A DNA stretch of 42,301 bases, from the sequence record DRR378314_2140; one strand, 5' to 3'. The position numbers were made by a program, and so were the translations under genes. Below, in pieces: positions 18,588 to 27,302 of this stretch; position 1 is the stretch's first letter; every line of letters begins with the position of its first letter. The notes under the pieces are model-generated. The model made no database searches. It was given only the letters and a program-made list of their open reading frames with translations, and was not told where the DNA came from.

Positions 18588-19283
18588 ATGTCTGTTACCG
18601 TTTACTACCTTTACACCTTAAACGAACAATTGGATTCTTCACAAATGACTGATTCTTATCTACATATTCTAATTTCGAAATATCCAAACTGGAACTTTGT
18701 CACCGATCCTGACGATCAGGTAAAGTTGTATATAAGCTGTAAATGTGAATTTGATGATGCTTTGACAGAGATGTTGGAGATCGTTAAAAATATCGGCATT
18801 TTTTTTGACAATAAAGATTACGTCATTAAACTTAAAAAGGGGAATACCCTTGCTATAAAAGTCAAGCATAGTAAAAAGCCTAAGAAGTATAATAAAATAT
18901 ATACTTCAGGTTGTTTTGATATTTTTCATTTTGGGCATCTGAACATTCTTAAAAGGTCGAAACAGATGTGCGACCATTTAGTTGTAGGTGTTTCCACAGA
19001 CGAACTTATTTTAAAGGAAAAAGGGAGGCTACCTATTATTCCGTTTGAGGAAAGGATAAAACTGGTCAAAGCCATTAATTATGTAGATGAAGTTATTCCC
19101 CAGACAGATAAAAATAAGCAACGAATAGTGGATGAGTATAATATTGATGCTATTTCCGTTGGTGACGACTGGAAAGGTAGATTCCCTAAAACTACATGTC
19201 CGGTGGAATATGTGGCCTATACTGAAAATGTAAGTAGCACCATTTTAAAGGAAACATTGCACTTACAACCTCAGGAAACCTAG
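18588..19283 (+). CDS. TagD-like (glycerol-3-phosphate) cytidylyltransferase with ~100 aa N-terminal extension
   Basis: YTSGCFDIFHFGHLNIL (HxGH), VGVSTDE, VGDDWKG, YTENVSST. Confidence 0.85.
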   Translation: MSVTVYYLYTLNEQLDSSQMTDSYLHILISKYPNWNFVTDPDDQVKLYISCKCEFDDALTEMLEIVKNIGIFFDNKDYVIKLKKGNTLAIKVKHSKKPKKYNKIYTSGCFDIFHFGHLNILKRSKQMCDHLVVGVSTDELILKEKGRLPIIPFEERIKLVKAINYVDEVIPQTDKNKQRIVDEYNIDAISVGDDWKGRFPKTTCPVEYVAYTENVSSTILKETLHLQPQET

Positions 19284-19864
19284 GCTATAGCATTGTCATC
19301 TTTGGAAGTATCCCAATTTTTAACCTGTTTTTGCCAATCACCATATCTATAAGTTAGATATTCTTCTGTAAGCGCTGGGATTTTATAGTCGAAATTTTTA
19401 AAGGAAATATGTTTAAAGCTGTGGTAGAACTTGCTTGGAACAAATTTTGTTTTGTTGTCAATTTCCCAATAACTGTTCTGCCCATGCTGATATTTAATAA
19501 AAACGTCTAGGCAAACCGCCCCTTTGAGCAATCCAAAAAATCGCTTTTCCCTTATTTTTATCATTCGGATGTTGCCCTTGGTAAAAAACTCCGAAGTCTC
19601 ATCAAAATTCCTTGTCCTTACCCTATAACCTGCTTTTTTTAATTCTGAATAAAAATGGTCCAACTTCCCCAATTGGTCATGGTTAATGGACATGTCCACA
19701 TCGTTATCCCATGGTAAAAGTCTGTTTTCCCTTTTTATACCCAATAAGGTGCCTCCTTCTATCCAGTAATCAATCTTGCAACGGTCAAAAAGGGTAGCCA
19801 CATTTTTGAGCATCCTTTCGGCAATAACTTTATTTTTTCCTTCTAAGGTGATGTTATATGCCAT
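19280..19864 (-). CDS. LicD family phosphotransferase
   Basis: YWIEGGTLLG..RE..LLPWDNDVD, LDVF, YLTYRYGDW. Confidence 0.88.
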   Translation of the reverse strand: MAYNITLEGKNKVIAERMLKNVATLFDRCKIDYWIEGGTLLGIKRENRLLPWDNDVDMSINHDQLGKLDHFYSELKKAGYRVRTRNFDETSEFFTKGNIRMIKIREKRFFGLLKGAVCLDVFIKYQHGQNSYWEIDNKTKFVPSKFYHSFKHISFKNFDYKIPALTEEYLTYRYGDWQKQVKNWDTSKDDNAIA

Positions 19865-19877
19865 GATGCGTTAAGTT

Positions 19878-20258
19878 CTAATCCAAATTGTTTTTTAGGA
19901 AAACGCGGAGCCCGTCCAGATTTTCCTCCTTAATGTAAGGAAAGGTATTTATGCCAACGGAGCTGGCAGAATTTATGGCTTCCGCATTGTGTTCAAAGTA
20001 GACAACTTCTGTTGGTTTTAATTTAAAATGGCTTAACATTTTAAGGTAATATGCCTTATCGGTCTTGTTGGGCTTATGTTCCAAACTAAAAACCTCATAA
20101 GGCATATTTACAATTCCATAAGTAATACATTCCTGTTTGTTGGCATTTGTTAAGATGATTTTGGGATTGGGATAGGAGTCCAATAATTTCTTTAGATCGT
20201 AATCCATTCCCTTTTCAGTAACAAAGGTGTTCCAAGCATCTACAAGAATTGTTTTCAT
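19878..20258 (-). CDS. Small capless HAD-superfamily-like protein
   Basis: ILVDAWNT (motif I-like), ILTN (motif II), K of PNK (motif III), YFEHN...A..VGI (degenerate motif IV). Confidence 0.6.
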   Translation of the reverse strand: MKTILVDAWNTFVTEKGMDYDLKKLLDSYPNPKIILTNANKQECITYGIVNMPYEVFSLEHKPNKTDKAYYLKMLSHFKLKPTEVVYFEHNAEAINSASSVGINTFPYIKEENLDGLRVFLKNNLD

Positions 20259-20268
20259 TTCTTAGCTT

Positions 20269-21084
20269 TTAAACAGCAACGTCGTATTCCCTAAGGGCAT
20301 CGTTCAGGGAAGTTTTTTTGTTGGTGCTCTCTTTACGTGTACCAATGATCAAGGCACAGGGCACCTGATAGTCGCCAGCCGGAAATTTTTTGGTATAACT
20401 CCCTGGTATAACAACAGATCTTGCCGGTACCAATCCTTTTCTTTCTACAGGCTTGTCGCCAGTAACATCAATAATTTTGGTTGAGCCGGTAAGTACTACA
20501 TTTGCTCCCAATACGGCCTCTTTTTCTACGCGTACACCTTCCACGACAATACATCTGGATCCAATAAAGGCATTGTCCTCAATAATTACAGGTGAGGCCT
20601 GTAAGGGCTCCAAGACCCCGCCAATTCCTACACCTCCGCTAAGGTGGACATTTTTTCCAATTTGGGCACAGCTACCAACGGTGGCCCAAGTGTCTACCAT
20701 GGTGCCTTCATCCACATAGGCTCCGATGTTTACATAACTTGGCATTAAAATTGTTCCTGCTGAAATATAAGACCCGTGTCTGGCAACCGCGTTGGGAACA
20801 ACACGTATTCCTTTTTCTGCATATCCTCTTTTAAGGGGCATTTTATCGTGATATTCAAAGATACCCGCTTCCAAGGTTTCCATTTTTTGAATCGGAAAAT
20901 ATAGTACCACTGCCTTTTTTACCCATTCATTTATCTGCCATCCATCTGTTGTTGGTTCAGCACAGCGCAATTTACCGTTATCCAAAAGATCTATGACCTC
21001 CCTTATGGCAGTCTGAGTTGGAATTTCTTTAAGTAAGTCTCGATTTTCCCAGGCAGTTTCTATTGTTTTTCTTAGTTCTTTCAT
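20269..21084 (-). CDS. dapD: 2,3,4,5-tetrahydropyridine-2,6-dicarboxylate N-succinyltransferase
   Basis: WVKKAVVLYF, RVVP, MPSYVNIGAYVDEGTMVDTWATVGSCAQIG, GGVLEPLQA; ATG at 21084. Confidence 0.96.
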   Translation of the reverse strand: MKELRKTIETAWENRDLLKEIPTQTAIREVIDLLDNGKLRCAEPTTDGWQINEWVKKAVVLYFPIQKMETLEAGIFEYHDKMPLKRGYAEKGIRVVPNAVARHGSYISAGTILMPSYVNIGAYVDEGTMVDTWATVGSCAQIGKNVHLSGGVGIGGVLEPLQASPVIIEDNAFIGSRCIVVEGVRVEKEAVLGANVVLTGSTKIIDVTGDKPVERKGLVPARSVVIPGSYTKKFPAGDYQVPCALIIGTRKESTNKKTSLNDALREYDVAV

Positions 21085-21105
21085 CTTTAATAATTCAAAT
21101 TTTAG

Positions 21106-21174
21106 CAAATATAAGGGCTAGTAGGTAATTAACCTTTTGTTTTTGCACTTATAACAATTTATCCCTTATTTTTG
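21106..21174. promoter_or_regulatory. Divergent Bacteroidetes promoters for dapD (-) and ruvX-def (+)
   Basis: TATATTTG on minus at 21106-21113; TATTTTTG on plus at 21167-21174 with TTTG (-33) at 21142-21145. Confidence 0.6.
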
Positions 21175-21186
21175 CAAAAAATTTGT

Positions 21187-21597
21187 GTGGGAAGGATTTT
21201 AGCATTGGATTATGGAAAGGTGCGGACGGGAATTGCCGTTACGGACGAGTTGCAAATTATAGCTTCTGGCCTGACTACCGTTGATACCAAGGAACTTTTG
21301 AATTTCCTAAGGAAGTATGTTCAAGAGGAGAAGGTAGAAAAATTTGTGATAGGGGAACCTAAGCAAATGAACAATCTTCCATCCGAATCCGAGGAATTGA
21401 TCAAACCTTTTTTGAGAACTTTGGAAGGTGTCTTTCCAAAGATACCTGTAGAGCGGCAGGACGAGCGCTTTACGTCTAAAATGGCATTTCAGACAATGAT
21501 AGATAGTGGTCTTAATAAAAAACAAAGAAGGGATAAGGCCCTAGTCGATGAAATTAGCGCCACTATTATCCTTCAGGCGTATTTAAATAGAAAATAG
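21187..21597 (+). CDS. ruvX: YqgF/RuvX family nuclease (pre-16S rRNA maturation)
   Basis: ILALDYG..RTGIAVTD, VIGEP, DERFTS, VDEISATIILQ; GTG start at 21187. Confidence 0.95.
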   Translation: MGRILALDYGKVRTGIAVTDELQIIASGLTTVDTKELLNFLRKYVQEEKVEKFVIGEPKQMNNLPSESEELIKPFLRTLEGVFPKIPVERQDERFTSKMAFQTMIDSGLNKKQRRDKALVDEISATIILQAYLNRK

Positions 21598-21601
21598 TAG
21601 T

Positions 21602-22192
21602 ATGATTTTACCTATAGTTGCTTATGGAGACCCGGTACTTAGGAAAGTAGCGGATGATATAGACAAGGATTTTCCAAGATTCGAAGAATTGGTGGCCAAT
21701 ATGTGGGACACCATGTATAATGCCAATGGGGTTGGTTTGGCCGCACCCCAAATAGGACTGCCCATTAGATTGTTCCTTGTGGATACCACGCCATTTGGGG
21801 ATGACGAAGAGCTTACCGAAGAAGAGCAAAATGCATTGAAAGGGTTTAGGAAAGTTTTTATCAATGCACGTATTGAGGAAGAAACTGGAACAGAATGGGC
21901 TTTTAATGAAGGCTGTCTTAGTATTCCCGATGTTCGGGAAGATGTTTCCCGGAAAGATACCATTACCATCTCCTATATGGATGAGAATTTTAAATCTTAT
22001 AAGGAAACCTATGACGGACTTTTGGCCAGGGTAATCCAACATGAATATGACCATATAGAGGGCATATTGTTTACTGATAAATTATCCTCCTTAAAAAAAC
22101 GCCTTTTAAAGGGTAGGTTGGCCAACATTTCCAAGGGGAAGATAAAGGTGGAATATAGAATGCGGTTTCCCAACATCAAAAAAGCACGTTAA
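21602..22192 (+). CDS. def: Peptide deformylase
   Basis: GVGLAAPQ, EGCLS, QHEYDH motifs. Confidence 0.98.
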   Translation: MILPIVAYGDPVLRKVADDIDKDFPRFEELVANMWDTMYNANGVGLAAPQIGLPIRLFLVDTTPFGDDEELTEEEQNALKGFRKVFINARIEEETGTEWAFNEGCLSIPDVREDVSRKDTITISYMDENFKSYKETYDGLLARVIQHEYDHIEGILFTDKLSSLKKRLLKGRLANISKGKIKVEYRMRFPNIKKAR

Positions 22193-22250
22193 AACTATTT
22201 CTATATATAAACAAAAAGTAGCATATTTGCCGCTGAAACTAAAATAACAG

Positions 22251-22679
22251 ATGGGTTTAAATAAAATATTATCGATTGCAGGTAAGCCGGGACTTTTTAA
22301 ATTATTGACGCAAACGCGTACAGGTTTTGTAGCCGAATCCTTGTTGGATGGCAAAAAAGTTACCGTAAGTTTTAAGAACAATGTGAGTGTCTTGTCTGAG
22401 ATTGCAATCTATACATTGGAGGAGGAAGTGCCGTTAAAGGTGGTGTTTGAAAAGATCAAGGAAAAGGAAGATGGTGGAAAAACAGCGGTGAGCCATAAAG
22501 AGGATAAGATAAAATTGGAAGAATATTTGTTTGAAGTGCTACCCAATTATGATGAAGATAGGGTTTATGCCAGTGATATTAAAAAGATCATTCAATGGTA
22601 TAATTTATTACATGAGCACGGTATTACGGAATTTGCGGACGAGGAAGAAAAAGAAGAGGCTTCCAAGGAAACAGAATAG
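22251..22679 (+). CDS. DUF5606 domain protein (Bacteroidetes conserved)
   Basis: ILSIAGKPGLFKL, LSEIAIYT, PNYDEDRVYASDIKK..QWYNLL. Confidence 0.8.
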   Translation: MGLNKILSIAGKPGLFKLLTQTRTGFVAESLLDGKKVTVSFKNNVSVLSEIAIYTLEEEVPLKVVFEKIKEKEDGGKTAVSHKEDKIKLEEYLFEVLPNYDEDRVYASDIKKIIQWYNLLHEHGITEFADEEEKEEASKETE

Positions 22680-22700
22680 ATTTTCTTTATATACAAAATT

Positions 22701-22727
22701 AGAACCTTCGTTTACGAAGGTTTTTTT
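22701..22727 (+). terminator. Intrinsic terminator after ruvX-def-DUF5606
   Basis: AACCTTCG-TTTA-CGAAGGTT followed by a T-run. Confidence 0.88.
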
Positions 22728-22889
22728 ATGCCGTATTGTAAGTCCTTTTTCCGTAAATGAATTTAGCCATCGCCTTTATGTTAAAAATATTCTCCATTTA
22801 GCTTCGTGCTTTTGTTATTGGTCTAAATTGTTGGGCAGCGGCCTACTAATTATGGAAATTAATATTTTAATTCCGTAATCAATTATATC

Positions 22890-25469
22890 ATGGCTAAATT
22901 TAAAAAGAAAAGTGCTGCAATTTTACTAATGTTCCTTGTTCTTCCCTTTGTCCTCCCCGGGCAACAACGTACAGGAAATATTGTGGAATATTTCGGTAAG
23001 GAAAAAGTTGAGGTTATTCACGAAGGAAAAGTGATCCATGTTTTTGATAAGGCCTTGGCTCTATCAATTCCAAGTTTCGGATTTGAATCCTCATCATTTC
23101 CCGTAGATCCGGTTTTTGATAAGTTCCTAATGGAGCCCAGTACCCAGGTGAGGGAAGGTGAAGTTTTTGATATTGATCCGTTTGGAAGGGAATTAAAATG
23201 GAACTCCATAAAGGCAGACAGTACCAATAGCTTTTCCGGCAGGGACCTTAGGTCGGGTTATGTATATCTCACTTACAATTCAGGATCGGAGAAAACGGTT
23301 TTGTTCGAAGCTTCCGGACATTCCTTGGCTTCCATTAACGGTTATCCATATGAGGGCGATCATTATGATTTTGGTTGGAACCTTATTCCCTTAAAGTTGA
23401 AAAAGGGGAATAATGTTTTTGTTTTAAAGGTTGGCCGTTTTCCTAGGGTTCGAGCGCGGATATTGGAGCCCAAGGCCGAGGTTCAATTTACTACACGAGA
23501 TGTAACAGTTCCCGATCTTTTATTGGAGGAGGATATGGAATATAAGGCAGCCATAAGGGTCGTAAATGCTTCGGATAAGTGGATCGAAAAATACAAGATT
23601 ATTGCCAAGGTCAACGGAAAGGAACTTACTACAAAAGTGAGCGACATTCCTCCTTATACGGTATATAAAATTCCTTTTTCCATTCCTTCGTCTACCTTGG
23701 ATACCTCAATTGCGAAGGTGAATGTAGATCTAAGTTTGATGCAAAGTAATGGACAGCAGGTCTCTAGCGAAACTTTGACTTTAAATGTGAAGTCGAAAAA
23801 TAAACACCATAAGAGAACCTTTATAAGTGATATAGATAAAAGTGTACAATATTACAGCGTGGCACCGGACAAAAGTGGAAATACAGAAGGCGCTGCACTT
23901 TTCCTTTCGGTACACGGCGCTTCGGTAGAGGCCGTGAATCAGGCAAACGCTTACAAGCAAAAAGATTGGGGGAACCTTGTTGCACCAACAAATAGGAGAC
24001 CGTACGGGTTTGCTTGGGAAGATTGGGGAAGATTGGATGCCTTGGAAGTGCTGGCGGATAGCAAGAGGATTTTTAAACCGGACAATAGCAAAATTTACCT
24101 AACAGGGCATTCTATGGGAGGGCATGGAACATGGTATTTGGGGGCAACTTACCCAGACCATTTTGCTGCCATTGCACCATGTGCTGGATATCCAGATCTT
24201 TTGTTGTACCGCGGAAGTAGGTCCGAAAGGCTTTTGGAAATGACCGAAGAGCAGAGAATGCGGTATGGCATTAGCCCTAAAATGTTCGAACGCCTTACCC
24301 AGGAGTATGTCCCCACTGCAGTTGAAGACATCGTTGAAAGAGCGGGAACACCGAGCAGAACCTTAAAACTGATACGAAATTACTTGCATCACGGGGTATA
24401 TGTGTTGCACGGCGAAAAGGACAATGTAGTTCCTACTAATTTAGCCCGGGATATGAGGGAGCGGTTGGGGAAATTTCATCCAGATTTCACCTATTATGAG
24501 TATCCAGACGGTACCCATTGGTACGGGAACCACAGTGTGGATTGGGATCCGATTTTTAACATGTTTAAGGAACGAACCATTCCCGAGATAAAGGATATTA
24601 AAAAATTGGAGTTCAGTACCGGTTCTCCTGGGGTTTCTGCATCCTCACATTTTATTACCATCCATCAGCAACAAATACCCTTTGAGGTTAGCTCGTTTGA
24701 TTTTTCATTGGATAGCATTATTAAAATAGAGACCAAAAATGTGTCTTTATTGGAGGTGGATTTTTCACATTTGCCTGGTGAGATCAAGAGCATAGAGCTA
24801 AACGGAAAAGAAATGGGAAAACCTTCAAAAGAGAAGATGTTTTTCAAGGAATCGGATGGGGTCTGGACAATTGTTTCCAAACCATCCTTGGGGGAAAAAG
24901 GCCCCCATAGGAACGGTGGGTTCAAGGATGCCTTTAGAAATGATGTAGTGTTCGTTTATGCTACCAAAGGATCCAAATCGGAGAACGATTGGTATTATAA
25001 CAAGGCTAGGTTCGATGCCGATACATTCTGGTATAAGGCCAATGGAAATATTGAATTGGTCGCGGACACCAACTTTTCTCCCAAAGATTATCCCAACAGA
25101 AATGTTGTTATTTACGGTAATAAGTCCAACAATGCGGCCTGGGACAAATTATTAAAAAATAGTCCGGTCCAAGTATATAACAATAAATTAAATTTCGGGA
25201 ATAGAAGTCTTACAGGAAGCAATTGGGGCTTATACTTTATAGTACCAAGGGCCGATAGTGATTTTGCCAGTGTTGGAGTGGTAACGGCAACGGGACCAAT
25301 GGGTATGAAAGCGGCCTACGCCAACCATTATTTGGTGAACGGAACCACATTTCCCGATCTAATGCTCTTTGATGAAACTGTATTGGTACAAGGGACTTCA
25401 GCCGTCAAATGCGCTGGTTTCTTCGGAAACGATTGGTCTATTGAAAAAGGGGATTTTGAGTGGGAATAA
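22890..25469 (+). CDS. Large secreted alpha/beta-hydrolase (esterase or S9 peptidase-like)
   Basis: Signal peptide; SVHGA, GHSMGG nucleophile elbow, LHGEKDNVV (Asp), GTHW (His). Confidence 0.8.
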   Translation: MAKFKKKSAAILLMFLVLPFVLPGQQRTGNIVEYFGKEKVEVIHEGKVIHVFDKALALSIPSFGFESSSFPVDPVFDKFLMEPSTQVREGEVFDIDPFGRELKWNSIKADSTNSFSGRDLRSGYVYLTYNSGSEKTVLFEASGHSLASINGYPYEGDHYDFGWNLIPLKLKKGNNVFVLKVGRFPRVRARILEPKAEVQFTTRDVTVPDLLLEEDMEYKAAIRVVNASDKWIEKYKIIAKVNGKELTTKVSDIPPYTVYKIPFSIPSSTLDTSIAKVNVDLSLMQSNGQQVSSETLTLNVKSKNKHHKRTFISDIDKSVQYYSVAPDKSGNTEGAALFLSVHGASVEAVNQANAYKQKDWGNLVAPTNRRPYGFAWEDWGRLDALEVLADSKRIFKPDNSKIYLTGHSMGGHGTWYLGATYPDHFAAIAPCAGYPDLLLYRGSRSERLLEMTEEQRMRYGISPKMFERLTQEYVPTAVEDIVERAGTPSRTLKLIRNYLHHGVYVLHGEKDNVVPTNLARDMRERLGKFHPDFTYYEYPDGTHWYGNHSVDWDPIFNMFKERTIPEIKDIKKLEFSTGSPGVSASSHFITIHQQQIPFEVSSFDFSLDSIIKIETKNVSLLEVDFSHLPGEIKSIELNGKEMGKPSKEKMFFKESDGVWTIVSKPSLGEKGPHRNGGFKDAFRNDVVFVYATKGSKSENDWYYNKARFDADTFWYKANGNIELVADTNFSPKDYPNRNVVIYGNKSNNAAWDKLLKNSPVQVYNNKLNFGNRSLTGSNWGLYFIVPRADSDFASVGVVTATGPMGMKAAYANHYLVNGTTFPDLMLFDETVLVQGTSAVKCAGFFGNDWSIEKGDFEWE

Positions 25470-25495
25470 GATCTTAACAGTAAACAAATTGATTA

Positions 25496-25531
25496 TAAAC
25501 CCCGTATGGAACATGGTCCATACGGGGTTTA
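25496..25531. terminator. Strong hairpin, likely terminator between convergent hydrolase genes
   Basis: TAAACCCCGTATGGA-ACATGG-TCCATACGGGGTTTA, perfect 15-bp stem. Confidence 0.8.
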
Positions 25532-25558
25532 AATTTTACTCGATAATCGAGATTGAAA

Positions 25559-25604
25559 CCTGCCCGTTCCGTTATGGCGGTCCTGCCCGTTCCGTTATGG
25601 CGGT
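25559..25604. repeat. Perfect tandem duplication, 2 x 23 bp
   Basis: CCTGCCCGTTCCGTTATGGCGGT at 25559-25581 and 25582-25604. Confidence 0.95.
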
Positions 25605-25683
25605 TATTAATATTTTTCTTCCGTTACCTCAAGGGCCTGTCTTTGTCCGAATACTGTCTTGTCCTGGGCAATCGATTCTGTAT

Positions 25684-27189
25684 TTATTTGGACGCATTTA
25701 GTATAAATCGGGAAACATCTTTCTTAAATTTTTCCATTGATGGCTGGTGGGTGTACATCATATGTCCAGCCTCATAATATTCCATAAGGATATTATCCTT
25801 GATTTCCTTTTTAAGACCCAAGTGGTTGATAGTGTGTTCTACGCCATAAAAAACAGTGGCAATGTCATAGATGCCATTTAGGATCAATACTTTCATATTA
25901 GGATCTCTAGATAATGCTGTGGCCATATCAATACCGGTGTTGATCGCCGCTGAAGCACCCCATCTTTCATTCCCTTTATGGGACCAATCCCATTTAAATC
26001 CGTCCCTTCTCCCTGCGGTTATTGAGTATAATAAATTTTTGTTGACTTTTAGGTCACCGTAAAAATAATCCAAAAACCCACTAATGTAGGCAGGAGAAAT
26101 GGCCGAACTTTGCGGGTCATGACTTCCTTCCTGGGATAGTAGATCTTGATTGATTCCAGTAAATCGCGAATCCAATCGTCCCACTATTTCACCCTTATCC
26201 CTTAAAAATTCAGCAAAAAATTCACTGGCAGTAACCCTTAGGTCTGCTTTGAGCCAGTAGTTGGTTTCTGTACCGGTATAGTACGCTAACTTGGAGGCAA
26301 TGTTTGCCTTTTCATTTTCAGGAAGTCGATCCCCTTTAAAGAGGGCGGGCGTATACTCGTTTTCGGTAAAGGATCGAACCGTCTCCAGGAATTCATACAC
26401 ATTTTCCGGTTTATCGTCTATTTTATTATGATACCAGGCCGTTGCTGCATAGGTCGGAAAATGTACTATATAGGGGAGGTCATCATTTGGAGGGAACAAT
26501 AAGGTACGAAGGTCAAAAACAGCCGATACCATAATAACACCGTTCATGGCCACACCTTGGCTCAAAAGAGTATTCATTAAACCGGCGTTCCTAAAAGTCC
26601 CGTAGCTTTCTCCCAGTAGGAATTTGGGACTGTTCATACGGTCGTTATGTATCAGAAACTGTGTAATGAACAAAGAAAGGCTGCGGATATCCTGGTCCAC
26701 ACCCCAAAAGTCTTTAAACTTGGCCTTTCCAACAGGGATGCTTAGGCCAGTACCTACGGGATCTATCATTACAAGATCTGCTATATCCAGAATTGAGTAG
26801 TTGTTGTTCATAATTTTGTAGGGGGCGGCGGGAGTAGATTTTGGGTCGTCCACTACAATTCTCTTAGGTCCCAAAATTCCCATGTGCAACCAGAAAGAGG
26901 ATGAACCTGGCCCTCCGTTAAAGGCAAAAACAATAGGACGCCTTTGTGTTGCCAAGCCCCTTTTGGAATCCCTGGTGTAATAGGTAAAGCCCATTAAGGC
27001 AATTGGCTTATTAGTTTCATCCTTCACCTCAAAAGTTCCTGCCTTTGCCGTTAAATAAATGGTGTTGCCATTTATGGTAACGCTTTGCATGGTGGTAGCA
27101 ACCTCGGCTTTGGGTATGGAATCATTTTCTTTATTGGGATAGCACAATTGTCCCAAAAGAAGGGTCGTAATTAGAATAAAGGCTTTCAT
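25684..27189 (-). CDS. Peptidase S10 family serine carboxypeptidase, secreted
   Basis: FNGGPGSSS, DPVGTG.S, GESYG, GIYD, AGHMMY. Confidence 0.92.
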   Translation of the reverse strand: MKAFILITTLLLGQLCYPNKENDSIPKAEVATTMQSVTINGNTIYLTAKAGTFEVKDETNKPIALMGFTYYTRDSKRGLATQRRPIVFAFNGGPGSSSFWLHMGILGPKRIVVDDPKSTPAAPYKIMNNNYSILDIADLVMIDPVGTGLSIPVGKAKFKDFWGVDQDIRSLSLFITQFLIHNDRMNSPKFLLGESYGTFRNAGLMNTLLSQGVAMNGVIMVSAVFDLRTLLFPPNDDLPYIVHFPTYAATAWYHNKIDDKPENVYEFLETVRSFTENEYTPALFKGDRLPENEKANIASKLAYYTGTETNYWLKADLRVTASEFFAEFLRDKGEIVGRLDSRFTGINQDLLSQEGSHDPQSSAISPAYISGFLDYFYGDLKVNKNLLYSITAGRRDGFKWDWSHKGNERWGASAAINTGIDMATALSRDPNMKVLILNGIYDIATVFYGVEHTINHLGLKKEIKDNILMEYYEAGHMMYTHQPSMEKFKKDVSRFILNASK

Positions 27190-27302
27190 TTGTTTAGTAT
27201 TTAGATTGGGTTAAATAGCTAAACGGGCAAGGATATGATAATTAGGGGCTTACAATATATTAAATATACAGATTATAGCCGAGAGTATTGCTTAATGAAT
27301 AT

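Noticed and set aside
14979-19283. Phosphonate biosynthesis cluster
   Set aside because: LicC-like and cytidylyltransferase genes occur in such clusters, but no PEP mutase or phosphonopyruvate decarboxylase is in the window
22531-22878. 115-aa ORF overlapping the DUF5606 gene end
   Set aside because: Starts out of frame inside DUF5606 and runs through a clear terminator
25559-25604. Possible CRISPR array
   Set aside because: Only two copies, no spacer, and no cas genes
25369-25777. ORFs 25369..25701 and 25553..25777 containing the PARSVMAV repeat
   Set aside because: The peptide repeat is just the 23-bp DNA duplication read in frame; the ORFs overlap real genes or the terminator
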